DNA of 64,000 nt from a virus (Duplodnaviria; Caudoviricetes), in IMG/VR virus record IMGVR_UViG_3300025120_010521. The stretch is one strand, 5' to 3'. This document shows, one piece after another, positions 28,376 through 37,633 of the stretch (within the stretch, counting starts at the first letter, position 1; each line of letters opens with the position of its first letter). The notes below the pieces were generated by a model, which saw only the letters and a list, made by a program, of their open reading frames with translations, was not told the origin of the DNA and did no database searches. Made by a program: the position numbers and the translations under genes.

Positions 28376-29479
28376 TTAATTAACTCCTAGACCTGCTAGT
28401 TTTTTAAGCTCAACAATATCACCTGCTTCTGAACTAGGTTCAGTTGGTGATTGTCTATTACCAGTTACCTCTGTTACTGATTCAGTAACAATAGTTTTGT
28501 TTGATTCAGCTGGTGCTGATTCATTTAAAACTGCTGGTAAGTATTTGTTAAACTGTTTTTTTAAATCACTTGTTTGTACAGATTCAAGTAATTCGTTCAT
28601 TACGCGACGCTTGTCTTTAGATAATGATGACGTTAACTCTGTAAGAGCTTTTTCACGTACATTTTTATCTTCAGCAATTCTCAACTTCATTTGAACTGCT
28701 TCGATTTCTGCGTCTTTTTCTTTTAATTTAGATTCTGTGTCAGTAGTATTTGCTGTTACAGTTTCTAATTCATTTTGAAGTTTTCTAACTTCTGTACCTT
28801 CAGCTAGATGAGAAGACATATACTCGCCTGCGAATGCTTCAAAAACTTTTCTACCAAAGTTGTTTTGTTTAGCAACTTTAATATCATCTTTAAGTTGTGA
28901 TAATTCGCTTCTCAAACTTGTTTCAACTGTTTTTTCTACAACATTAGCGGCTTTAGAAACAAAACGTTGTTTAGCTTCAGCAATCATTTTCTTGCCTTCT
29001 GCTACTAATTTAACTTTTTGTTCTACAACTGCTCTTTTGTCGTTTTCAAATTCAGTTAACTCTTTTGCTAATTGTTTAACAACAAAGTTTTCCAATTTTG
29101 CAAAATTGCTTTTTAAGTTTGTTCTATCGGCGTGTAGTTCTTTTACTTCTTTAGCTAATTGCTCAGCAACAAATTTGTCTACTAGACCAACATGTTTTTC
29201 AATGTTCGTTTTGTAAGCAACTGTTTGCTCAGCCAATGATGCTCTGTCAGCCTTCAGCTCTTCTATTTCAGCTGTAATTCTGTCAGTTAACATTGTGTCC
29301 ATAGCTTCAACAATCTGACCCTTGTCATTTTCATAACGTTGGGCAAATTCATCACGAAGTTCAGCAGTGATCTCTTCTCTGGCTTCATCTAATTTAGATT
29401 TCCACGTCTCTTGAATCTGAGTTTTCAAGTCTTCTGAAATTGCGTCTGACTCAAGTATTCCGTTAAAAATATCTGCCAT
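28376..29479 (-). CDS. 22: Prohead scaffold protein, gp22-like
   Basis: Long coiled-coil between the protease and capsid genes. Confidence 0.85.
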   Translation of the reverse strand: MADIFNGILESDAISEDLKTQIQETWKSKLDEAREEITAELRDEFAQRYENDKGQIVEAMDTMLTDRITAEIEELKADRASLAEQTVAYKTNIEKHVGLVDKFVAEQLAKEVKELHADRTNLKSNFAKLENFVVKQLAKELTEFENDKRAVVEQKVKLVAEGKKMIAEAKQRFVSKAANVVEKTVETSLRSELSQLKDDIKVAKQNNFGRKVFEAFAGEYMSSHLAEGTEVRKLQNELETVTANTTDTESKLKEKDAEIEAVQMKLRIAEDKNVREKALTELTSSLSKDKRRVMNELLESVQTSDLKKQFNKYLPAVLNESAPAESNKTIVTESVTEVTGNRQSPTEPSSEAGDIVELKKLAGLGVN

Positions 29480-29491
29480 GAGTAGTTCTCC

Positions 29492-30121
29492 TTATAACTT
29501 CAACTCTTTTATTAATTTGACTATTTCATTCTTTAAATAGCCTTCTGCTTTGCGATCATAAACAGCGTCGGCGCCTATTCCGTATAAACGTCTTCCGCCT
29601 TTCATGTTCATCAAACCTTCATATATTGCTTTTGGATAAGCATCTGGGGCTGATGGTTGTGCAACAATGTCCACAGTAACAATTTCAAAGTCAGCAACTT
29701 TGCCGCCTTCGTTTACATTACCGGTACCTCTTGATGACACACCCAATTTTGCTCCACTTTCCAAAAGGGTTTTTACAATGTTTCCCATTGGGGTTGGTAA
29801 AATTTTAAGTTTACCAATTCCGTTTGGACCGTCCATCCACATTGATTCGATCATGTGTGATACACGATCTAAATTCACTGTTAATTCTTCAGGGTGATCT
29901 GCTTCACCTAAAACAGAGTAACCACCTTTCAAGCGTTCGTCCACAGAAGTTACCGCTTTTTCGATTTCTTCTAGTGGATAAACACGTGAATTCTGATTCT
30001 TTACTCCGCCTTGAATGAATACACCTTTCATGAATAGGTTTTTCTTATCACCTTCGCCTTCATGTAATACTTGCATGCCGGCTTGGTCAAAAGTTAAACT
30101 TTCTAAAAGTGGTTTAATCAT
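29492..30121 (-). CDS. 21: Prohead maturation protease, gp21-like
   Basis: GVFIQGGVKNQNSRVYP, LGEADHP, LGVSSRGTG, VDIVAQPSAPDAYP. Confidence 0.93.
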   Translation of the reverse strand: MIKPLLESLTFDQAGMQVLHEGEGDKKNLFMKGVFIQGGVKNQNSRVYPLEEIEKAVTSVDERLKGGYSVLGEADHPEELTVNLDRVSHMIESMWMDGPNGIGKLKILPTPMGNIVKTLLESGAKLGVSSRGTGNVNEGGKVADFEIVTVDIVAQPSAPDAYPKAIYEGLMNMKGGRRLYGIGADAVYDRKAEGYLKNEIVKLIKELKL

Positions 30122-30150
30122 ACTGACGATCTCCTTACTCTAACTCAACC

Positions 30151-31101
30151 TTAAGCACTTGCTTTTGGTTTTGGTGCTGGTGATAATTTAGCATCACCTT
30201 GTTTTGGAGCACCCATATCCTTGACTGCAGGAGCCTTGCCGCCTTTTTCAGCCGCATCGCCACCAGCTTTCACTGGATCTGCACCGTCAATTCTTTTTGC
30301 TCCACCATTCGCCGCTACCGGTGAATTAGCATTTGCGCCGTCATCTCCACCTTTTGGAGTTGAAACAGCATTTAATGTAGTTGCTTCGTCTAAATCTTCT
30401 GAACCTTCTTTTGAATCTTCTGAACCTTCAAATGCAACTTCGTCAGCAACTTCAACTGTTTCTTCTGCTGGCATTTCCATAGGTGGCATTTCGCCTTCTA
30501 GGTCGTCAGTAGCTTCTTCGTTGTCATCGCCTTCTTTGTCGTCTTCGTCGCCCATCATTTTTTCAAATTCAGCTTTAAGATCTTCTAAAGCATCTTCTAG
30601 ATCGTCAACTCTGTCTTCAACTTCCTCATGATCATGGTTATCAGCTTCGCCATCTTCATCACCATCATCTTCGTTAGTTTCTTCATGCTCAATTTCTTCA
30701 GCATGATTGTCTGCTTCATCTTTGACAGCAGTTGTTAAATCTTGTTCTTGATCGCCGGAACCGCCAACTTTTTCTTCAACGGTTTCGTCACCTGACTCAT
30801 CAGTTGCTTCTTCAACTGCTTCTTCATCTGAATCTTTTGCTTCTTCTACAGCATCTTCATCTGATTTTTCTGCTTCTTCAACAGTGTCCTCATCTGATTT
30901 TTCTGCTTCGTCAACAGCTTCTTCAGTGTTTTCAGTAGTTAAATCTTCTTCGATTTCGTCAGTTTGGTTTTCGATCAACTCTTCATGTATTTTTCTAGCT
31001 TTCTCAACAATTACATCATGTAAAAGCTCTTGAGCTTTATCTGACTCGTTGTTAACTAGATATTCTAGAACTTGTTCTAGTTTTGACTTTGTAGTAGACA
31101 T
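30151..31101 (-). CDS. Acidic prohead core protein (gp67/gp68 position)
   Basis: Very Asp/Glu-rich; A.ELLHD..VEKAR.IHE motif; lies between portal and protease. Confidence 0.65.
   Translation of the reverse strand: MSTTKSKLEQVLEYLVNNESDKAQELLHDVIVEKARKIHEELIENQTDEIEEDLTTENTEEAVDEAEKSDEDTVEEAEKSDEDAVEEAKDSDEEAVEEATDESGDETVEEKVGGSGDQEQDLTTAVKDEADNHAEEIEHEETNEDDGDEDGEADNHDHEEVEDRVDDLEDALEDLKAEFEKMMGDEDDKEGDDNEEATDDLEGEMPPMEMPAEETVEVADEVAFEGSEDSKEGSEDLDEATTLNAVSTPKGGDDGANANSPVAANGGAKRIDGADPVKAGGDAAEKGGKAPAVKDMGAPKQGDAKLSPAPKPKASA
30790..30925 (-). repeat. ~33-bp imperfect tandem repeats in the core protein
   Basis: VDEAEKSDEDT / VEEAEKSDEDA / VEEAKDSDEEA / VEEATDESG. Confidence 0.75.
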
Positions 31102-31244
31102 AGTGTTAATCTCCTAATATATTACTAGTAATATGTTTAGATACCTGTATAAGGTACAAACGTATATATTATTTACATAATTATAGGAAAATTAGTAGGA
31201 AATACCTGTATTTTGACTCGTTTTGTAATAATAACTTAATATTA

Positions 31245-31445
31245 TTACATTGCAGGCGGTTGTGCGTACATTGTAGCAACAAATTCTTTGTTTTTTTCTT
31301 GATCTGCTTTACGCATTTCACGTACTTTACGCAATTTGTTAAGGTGTTTTAATGTAAGACGTGTTTTACGACCATCACTGATATGAGCCATATGATAATG
31401 GTCATGCTCTGGAAAATAGTTTTCTTTTAATTCAATATAACGCAT
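31245..31445 (-). CDS. Small basic head-region protein
   Basis: RKTRLTLKHLNKLRK; TAAATA-N5-ATG. Confidence 0.6.
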   Translation of the reverse strand: MRYIELKENYFPEHDHYHMAHISDGRKTRLTLKHLNKLRKVREMRKADQEKNKEFVATMYAQPPAM

Positions 31446-31453
31446 ACTTTTAT

Positions 31454-31804
31454 TTACCTTTTGCCTCTACGAGCTTTAAGTGCCATATTTGCACGTTTTA
31501 CACGTTGCGATGCTTGACTGTATTTTTTAGTATATGAAGATCTTGCACCGTGTATACTACCTTTTGCTTGTCGTGTATTTTTCATTTTAGTACTTTGCTT
31601 GATATTTAATGGTTTGTTACAAGTACTTGGATTAGCAACAATACGTCCTTTTCTAGGTCCTGTAGGACATCTAAAACGTTGTGTTGTAATTCTTGCTTTA
31701 CCTTTTGATTGTGATCTACCAGTACGTCCAAATATCTGACTAGCACCTTCTTCAATAGGTTCTAATGAATATAAGTCTGTTTTGCTGATTTCATAAATTT
31801 TCAT
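31454..31804 (-). CDS. Highly basic head-region protein
   Basis: RFRCPTGPRKGRIVANPSTC; K/R-rich; late promoter at 31824-31829. Confidence 0.6.
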   Translation of the reverse strand: MKIYEISKTDLYSLEPIEEGASQIFGRTGRSQSKGKARITTQRFRCPTGPRKGRIVANPSTCNKPLNIKQSTKMKNTRQAKGSIHGARSSYTKKYSQASQRVKRANMALKARRGKR

Positions 31805-31832
31805 AACAATACCTTTGTTATGTTATTTATAA

Positions 31833-32309
31833 TCAAAGGTAAACTAAATCTATTGTAGGATATGGTGAGCTTGAAAATACATCTTGCGGTAGTGCCCTAC
31901 ATAAAGTTATAGCTATTTTGGTATTTGGAACTATTGTTTTCATTTTAATATACCCTGTTGGTCGATCTGATATACATTTAAATAAGTGAGCTCCACATAT
32001 GATTAATTGTGTTAACTGATTGTCATCCATGTATTTTTTTAGAAGTTTAGGATCTTCCATAAAATTTAAATCATTTTTATTATCTGTTAAAAATGTAAAA
32101 AACGGATTTGGTGAATGATGATGCATTGCTATATTAATATGTGCTCCTTGTTTTTTATAGCTATCTAATTTTATTGACAAAAATTTAGAAAATTCACACA
32201 TATCTTGTTTTATTAATTCAATGCTTTCTTTAGACAAATTATCAAAAGATATTTGATCAGTGTCCCAAATGTCAATTACATTAATTAATGTACGAGATAA
32301 ATCTAACAT
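31833..32309 (-). CDS. Hypothetical protein
   Basis: 158 aa ORF downstream of the portal gene. Confidence 0.45.
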   Translation of the reverse strand: MLDLSRTLINVIDIWDTDQISFDNLSKESIELIKQDMCEFSKFLSIKLDSYKKQGAHINIAMHHHSPNPFFTFLTDNKNDLNFMEDPKLLKKYMDDNQLTQLIICGAHLFKCISDRPTGYIKMKTIVPNTKIAITLCRALPQDVFSSSPYPTIDLVYL

Positions 32310-32322
32310 TATCTTGTGTAGT

Positions 32323-34035
32323 TTATTGTTCTGGTGTAGTGTCTGTATCTGGTGTTAGTGGTGAATCTAATCCTGCGTCGCCGGCATCGCCAGCAGGTGC
32401 ATCATCTAATCCTTCAGTATCATCTGAAGCTGGCATTGGTGCCGCTCCTACATCTGAAAGGCCTCCACCTCCTACATCGTCACCTTGTGCTGGTGGTTCA
32501 GTAGCATTAGCATTTTCTTCTGCCCAGAGTTTTTCGTTTTTGTAAATTTCGCCTTCATCAAGTCCAAGATAACGTTGCATTGCAAAACGTTTAGAAATAA
32601 ATGGAACTTGCTGTACCTGTGTAAAGATACTAACCATTTGATTATCAATTTCAACTTGTCTATACTTGCCAAAGTTTTGTGGTTCATTAAATTGTATTTC
32701 AAATGATCCTGAATCAATTTCAATACCTCTATGCTTTAAGAACATTTTAAATTCTCTATCAAGAGCAGGCATAACCATTGTTTGTAAACGTTGACAAAAT
32801 TTTGTAAATCTAAATTCTTGTATGTATGCTGTACCAACTCTACCATCAGTAAATGCCGAACCGGCATCATCTGGGGATGATGGCAAATAACTTGATGGAA
32901 TTCTTAAACCTTTCATCAACTTATTATTAAAGTATTTTAAGTCGTCAATTTCACCTAAGTTTTGACCGCCTGGTAATGTTTCAACTTTTGATCCTCTACC
33001 CTCAGCCGTTTGTGCAAAAAAGTAATCTTCAATTTGTGATAATGGGTTATAAGCGGCATCCATAATGTTTGCGCCACCACCTGTTTTATTTGGAATACGT
33101 TTTTGATGTATTTCATTTTTAACACGTTCAATAAATGCCATTGCTTTATTGCTAGGCATATTACCTACATCAATATAAAACACTCTACGTTCTGGTGCTC
33201 TTTGAACTCTGTAAATAATAATAGCATCTTCTAATAATTCTTTTTGTTTGTACACTTTAAATATTGCTTCTAGTACTGAAGTACCAAAAGGCCAAAATCT
33301 ATCCATGCCTTCTGACAATGATATATGTGCAATATGTGAAGCATCAACAGGTGTTGTCATTACTTCCATATTAAATCTACCAGCTTGTGAAGTTGTAGTT
33401 CCGCTAGTCATACCTTTGTATTTTGCATCACCGCTAAACGGCATATTACCACTTTGGTATGCTGTTGGAGCCGTGTACTGATATTGACTCATTGTTGTTA
33501 AGTTTAAATTTTGTAAATTTAAATCTAAATCTCTAATGAAGTATGCTTCTGGCTTTTTACCTTTACCTTCATTAACAACTATTTTTTCAATTTTTGCATG
33601 ATCAACCCAAAGTAATTTATATGTCTCTGGATCTCTAACTAATACCTGATCACCATACTTGATTACATTTCTAAAAAGTTTAAAACATCTTTTATCCCAA
33701 TCGTTAACACTTGCCCATTGTTTGATTGATTGATTTAAAATTTCTGTTTCTGTATCAGTTGGTTTGTCTTTATAAAAGATTTTAAATGGAACACCTGTCT
33801 TTGGGTCATTTTGAGTTGAAAATTCTGCAATAGTATCAAGTGCCGCATTTATTTCTGTGTCAAGATCCATTTGATCATATTGATAATAACGCTCAATACG
33901 ATTTGGCTGACCTGCATATACTTCTGGTAGCCATGAGCTGTATTTTGAATTTGATGTTTCACCAAATGAACTACCTACTGGACTTTGCTGTCCTAGTTTA
34001 TTTTCATATGTAGTAAAGTGTTTTTTCCAACTCAT
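32323..34035 (-). CDS. 20: Portal protein, T4 gp20-like
   Basis: LEDAIIIYRVQRAPERRVFYIDVGNMP, EDYFF...EGRGSKVETLPGGQNLGEIDDLKYF. Confidence 0.96.
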   Translation of the reverse strand: MSWKKHFTTYENKLGQQSPVGSSFGETSNSKYSSWLPEVYAGQPNRIERYYQYDQMDLDTEINAALDTIAEFSTQNDPKTGVPFKIFYKDKPTDTETEILNQSIKQWASVNDWDKRCFKLFRNVIKYGDQVLVRDPETYKLLWVDHAKIEKIVVNEGKGKKPEAYFIRDLDLNLQNLNLTTMSQYQYTAPTAYQSGNMPFSGDAKYKGMTSGTTTSQAGRFNMEVMTTPVDASHIAHISLSEGMDRFWPFGTSVLEAIFKVYKQKELLEDAIIIYRVQRAPERRVFYIDVGNMPSNKAMAFIERVKNEIHQKRIPNKTGGGANIMDAAYNPLSQIEDYFFAQTAEGRGSKVETLPGGQNLGEIDDLKYFNNKLMKGLRIPSSYLPSSPDDAGSAFTDGRVGTAYIQEFRFTKFCQRLQTMVMPALDREFKMFLKHRGIEIDSGSFEIQFNEPQNFGKYRQVEIDNQMVSIFTQVQQVPFISKRFAMQRYLGLDEGEIYKNEKLWAEENANATEPPAQGDDVGGGGLSDVGAAPMPASDDTEGLDDAPAGDAGDAGLDSPLTPDTDTTPEQ

Positions 34036-34114
34036 TTGTATACGTGCCTTTTATGCAGTTATTTATGTAAATTATATAGTATTTTAATTATGATTGCAAC
34101 CAATATATTCTGGC

Positions 34115-36478
34115 CTACCCACCATTTACTTCATCAACTGCTTTTTTAGTACCACCAGTATTACTAGCAATTGCACTTAATAATCTAATTGATGTACTAT
34201 AAAATTCACCTTCTGACGTTTTTGTTGGATCACTTGATCCTGTCATTGGAAGATATTGATTCATTACACGCATTTTAGCCTGTGATAAACGTTCTGGATC
34301 TAGCATGTCTGTAGAAGTAGCTTTATTATTAGTGCCCATATTGTTAGCACTGTCATTCATTGATGCAACAATATCTGCACCGCTTGCCCCAACTGTTTTG
34401 TAACCTATACTTTCGTCAAGTTGTGCTTTGTTTACATCAAGATATGTTACTGCTTGTTGTGTTAATATGTCACGAAGTGCATCTATTAATTGTTGATTGC
34501 CTGATTCGTTAACTTTTTTAAGCATAGCATCAAAAGAACCTTTTCTAGTTTGAAGAACTTCACCAGTCTCGATGTCTCCTTTAGGAAACATACTTGCAAA
34601 CTGTTTTGCCAACATTGGTGGTAATTCATTTTGTACACCTGATACAATGTCATTATCAAACGACATTCTAGTTCTACCTTCTTTTGAATATCTTTTAAGG
34701 TAACTTTCATTAAACATTCCTGCGTTTGCTAGAGCGCCGCCGCCAGTTAATGATCTAATTTGATTTTCGCCCATGGACATGTTGGCTTGGTGAATTGTAC
34801 CGGCACCGCCTGCAAATCCTGGTAATGCTAGTTTCATTCCTTTTATGATTGCTCCAGTAATCATGTCTGCCATTAATGCTAAAGGTGCCGCCAATGCTTT
34901 AATCATTGCTTGACCTAAAGTTAAACCTTGGAACTCGCCAATAAAATTCATAAATCTATTAACAAGATTAGCAATTTTATTTGCAATTGAACCTGCATTT
35001 TCTACAAGTTTTTTTGCAAGGTCAATACCCATAGTAGTAATACGTTCCATTGCTCCACTTATTGCACCTAGTATTCTATCATTGCCAAACAGTTCAGTAA
35101 AGAATTTGTTAAACGCAACTGATAATTTTGCAGTAACACGTTCAAAGTTTATAAATGCTACAGATAATTTGTCAATCTGTGATTCTCGTCTTAATTTTTG
35201 TAAATCTTTGTACTGTTCTAATGCACCTTTTTTCTGTATCTCTTGAACTTGATTAATCAGTGCAATTTGTTGTCTTGCCGCGCCTGAGAACTGTGTGTTA
35301 GAACGTTCAATAAGACTTAATCTTTCTCTTTCAGCATCAGATGTATTTGCAATTTCTGTTATTAGTTGACTAGTTGCTTTTGCGGCACCTTGATCGTCTA
35401 AACTATCTATATTATCAATTAGTGAACTTAATGAGTTATATAATTTTCTATTTACTGCTAATAATTCTCTACCAGCTTCTGTGAAAAATAATCCACCTCG
35501 ACCGTATGCAGTTGTAAATGTTGTTGCAAGTTGATCACCAAACTCAGTACCAAGTCCTGCAAACATACCTGTTACTGTTTGTGCGGCTCTAAGTACTCTG
35601 TCTTGTACTATTGCTGGTAACACATTTAGTTTATTTGTAAATGCTTCAACAGCCGTTGATCCTTTAATAACTGCCGCAATTTGATCTCTACTTACATTTG
35701 CTAACTGTGAAAATGCTGTAATATTCTGTGCATATCTCACAACCATCTCTTCTAATTGGTCATTACTTTTTCCACCAAGCATACTTGCTGTTCTTAATTG
35801 GTCCATAAAGTCACCAGTGTATTCAGTCAACTCTGCTAGACTCATACCCAACATACCTTGAGCTTGTAAGTTATCTCTAATTTGTACATTTAAATCTGAA
35901 AATGCTTGGGCACCAATAATACCAACTGACGTTGAAAACTTTCCAAGTAATTCTGTATATTGTGCAATACCCATTTCAGCCGCCACTGCCGCTTTTGCTA
36001 ATCCTAATGAACCTTGTTCCATTCTAAAGCCCATTGCAAATACTTGTCTAAATGAATCTGAAAACTGTTTTAATCTTCCAATAACAAAACCAACTGCCGC
36101 GGCAAAGCCACCAATTACAGCACCAGCTATTCCTAGCTTGCCAGCAAATCGTTGTACTGCCATGTTTACTGATTTAAATGGTGTTGACACATTCTTTTTA
36201 ACTAAATCTTTAGTATAATCTCCACCTTTTTTATTCAACTGTGTAACTAGTTTTTTTGAATTTTCTGAACTATTTTTATTAAGTTGTTCAATCCTAGCAA
36301 CTACGTCTTTTAAGTGTTTTGTTTGTTTTTCTTGTTCTTTTGAATCTTTTGTGTCAGATTTCTTCATTGCACCTAAGGCTACTGCAATCTTTTTTTGCGT
36401 TTCCTCAGTGGCCCATTTAGGAAGACCAGAATCGTCCCAATTTATTTGATCTATAGTAATTTTGTCGCCGTCAGCCAT
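34115..36478 (-). CDS. Probable tape measure protein
   Basis: 787 aa, helical and Ala/Gly-rich with hydrophobic GIAGAVIGGFAAAVG segment; N-terminal P.WATE.T motif; beside the gp26-like gene. Confidence 0.65.
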   Translation of the reverse strand: MADGDKITIDQINWDDSGLPKWATEETQKKIAVALGAMKKSDTKDSKEQEKQTKHLKDVVARIEQLNKNSSENSKKLVTQLNKKGGDYTKDLVKKNVSTPFKSVNMAVQRFAGKLGIAGAVIGGFAAAVGFVIGRLKQFSDSFRQVFAMGFRMEQGSLGLAKAAVAAEMGIAQYTELLGKFSTSVGIIGAQAFSDLNVQIRDNLQAQGMLGMSLAELTEYTGDFMDQLRTASMLGGKSNDQLEEMVVRYAQNITAFSQLANVSRDQIAAVIKGSTAVEAFTNKLNVLPAIVQDRVLRAAQTVTGMFAGLGTEFGDQLATTFTTAYGRGGLFFTEAGRELLAVNRKLYNSLSSLIDNIDSLDDQGAAKATSQLITEIANTSDAERERLSLIERSNTQFSGAARQQIALINQVQEIQKKGALEQYKDLQKLRRESQIDKLSVAFINFERVTAKLSVAFNKFFTELFGNDRILGAISGAMERITTMGIDLAKKLVENAGSIANKIANLVNRFMNFIGEFQGLTLGQAMIKALAAPLALMADMITGAIIKGMKLALPGFAGGAGTIHQANMSMGENQIRSLTGGGALANAGMFNESYLKRYSKEGRTRMSFDNDIVSGVQNELPPMLAKQFASMFPKGDIETGEVLQTRKGSFDAMLKKVNESGNQQLIDALRDILTQQAVTYLDVNKAQLDESIGYKTVGASGADIVASMNDSANNMGTNNKATSTDMLDPERLSQAKMRVMNQYLPMTGSSDPTKTSEGEFYSTSIRLLSAIASNTGGTKKAVDEVNGG

Positions 36479-36525
36479 TTTTCATTAAATACCCATATAA
36501 TTAAGTAGATAAGTACTACTATTAC

Positions 36526-36537
36526 ATAAATATTTAT
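36526..36537. promoter_or_regulatory. Palindromic bidirectional late promoter ATAAATATTTAT
   Basis: TAAATA on + (36527-36532) and on - (36536-36531); the only copies in the 97-bp gap between two divergent genes. Confidence 0.65.
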
Positions 36538-36575
36538 CGTTAAAGTTATATACGTATATAATAGGAAATAAAAAC

Positions 36576-37418
36576 ATGAGTGAAAACAAATTATCAAAAT
36601 ATTATAGAGCACCAAAACTGTATGTTCGTGTTCCGAGTCAGGGTGCATTTAATCCTGAAGTAGAATCAGCAATGGGTGGAGAACTAGCTGTTATGGCTAT
36701 GACTGGCCGTGATGAAACTATGATCAAAAATCCAGATGCATTACTTAACGGAGAAGCAGTAACATCAGCAATTAAAAGTTGTGTTCCAGGTATTCAAGAA
36801 CCAAAAGACATGCCAATTACTGATATTGATACATTGTTAATTGCCATTAAAATTGCTACCACAGGAGAAGAGCATGAAGTAAGTGCAACTTGTCCTAAGT
36901 GTAAAACTGAATCTAGAGGAGTTGTTAATTTAAGAAATATTTTACCAACTGCTAAATTGCTTGATTCAGAGTATCCTGTAAAATTAGATACAGGAGTAAC
37001 TGTATATGTTAGACCATATACTTTTTCAATGCAGACAGAAGCGGCATTGGCGGCATTTGACGAAACTAAAACACTTCAAAATTTGACACAGGAAAAAGAA
37101 ATTAATTCTGAAAGTATGTCAATTTATAATAAGAGTTTTAGAAGAATGGCAGATATGAGCGTATCGTTATTAGGTAGAAGTATTATCAAAGTTGTTACAC
37201 CAGAAGGTGACGAAGTTAGTGACCCAAATGAAATATTTGCGTTTATCCAAAACATAGATTCAAATGCGGCGAAACAAATTGACGAAGTACTTGCAAAAAT
37301 TAATAGTTTAGATATCGATAAGAAAATTGAAATGACTTGCGGCAAAGAAACATGTGGCAATGTATGGACATCAGAAATTGATTTCAATCCTACGGATTTT
37401 TTCGCAGTTGGCTCTTAA
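36576..37418 (+). CDS. 26: gp26-like baseplate hub/tail assembly chaperone
   Basis: YYRAPKLYVRVPS, MTGRDE...NPDALLNGEA, D.DTLLIAIKIAT.G, CPKC and C..C motifs, ends TDFF. Confidence 0.75.
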   Translation: MSENKLSKYYRAPKLYVRVPSQGAFNPEVESAMGGELAVMAMTGRDETMIKNPDALLNGEAVTSAIKSCVPGIQEPKDMPITDIDTLLIAIKIATTGEEHEVSATCPKCKTESRGVVNLRNILPTAKLLDSEYPVKLDTGVTVYVRPYTFSMQTEAALAAFDETKTLQNLTQEKEINSESMSIYNKSFRRMADMSVSLLGRSIIKVVTPEGDEVSDPNEIFAFIQNIDSNAAKQIDEVLAKINSLDIDKKIEMTCGKETCGNVWTSEIDFNPTDFFAVGS

Positions 37419-37633
37419 AGGCTGAGCCTGACCAAATAAATGTCTACTTTGAAAAGTTGGCTAAAGAACGTGATACTATAAAACAACAGATAACCGAAAT
37501 CTGTTGGTACATGCGTGGTTCCCTTACTTGGGAAGAAGCATGGTCTCTTTCCGAAGTCGATCGAAATGACTTAATTAAATTTGTCGGTGAAAATGCCGAG
37601 CGATTTAAAAAGTCTGGACAAGTAGTTGTTTAA
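37403..37633 (+). CDS. -1 frame extension of the gp26-like gene (gp51-like); not in the ORF track
   Basis: -1 frame is open 37382-37633 (RSWLLKAEPDQINVYFEKLAKERDTIKQQITEICWYMRGSLTWEEAWSLSEVDRNDLIKFVGENAERFKKSGQVVV); first ATG only at 37511; slippery heptamer T TTT TTC at 37397-37403. Confidence 0.7.
   Translation, partial: RSWLLKAEPDQINVYFEKLAKERDTIKQQITEICWYMRGSLTWEEAWSLSEVDRNDLIKFVGENAERFKKSGQVVV

Noticed and set aside
30221-30631. Plus-strand Ser/Pro-rich 136 aa ORF, and similar ones at 7720..8226, 14309..14704, 28860..29216, 59258..59632 and 61844..62173
   Set aside because: Antisense shadows of well-supported minus-strand genes, with no SD or promoter.
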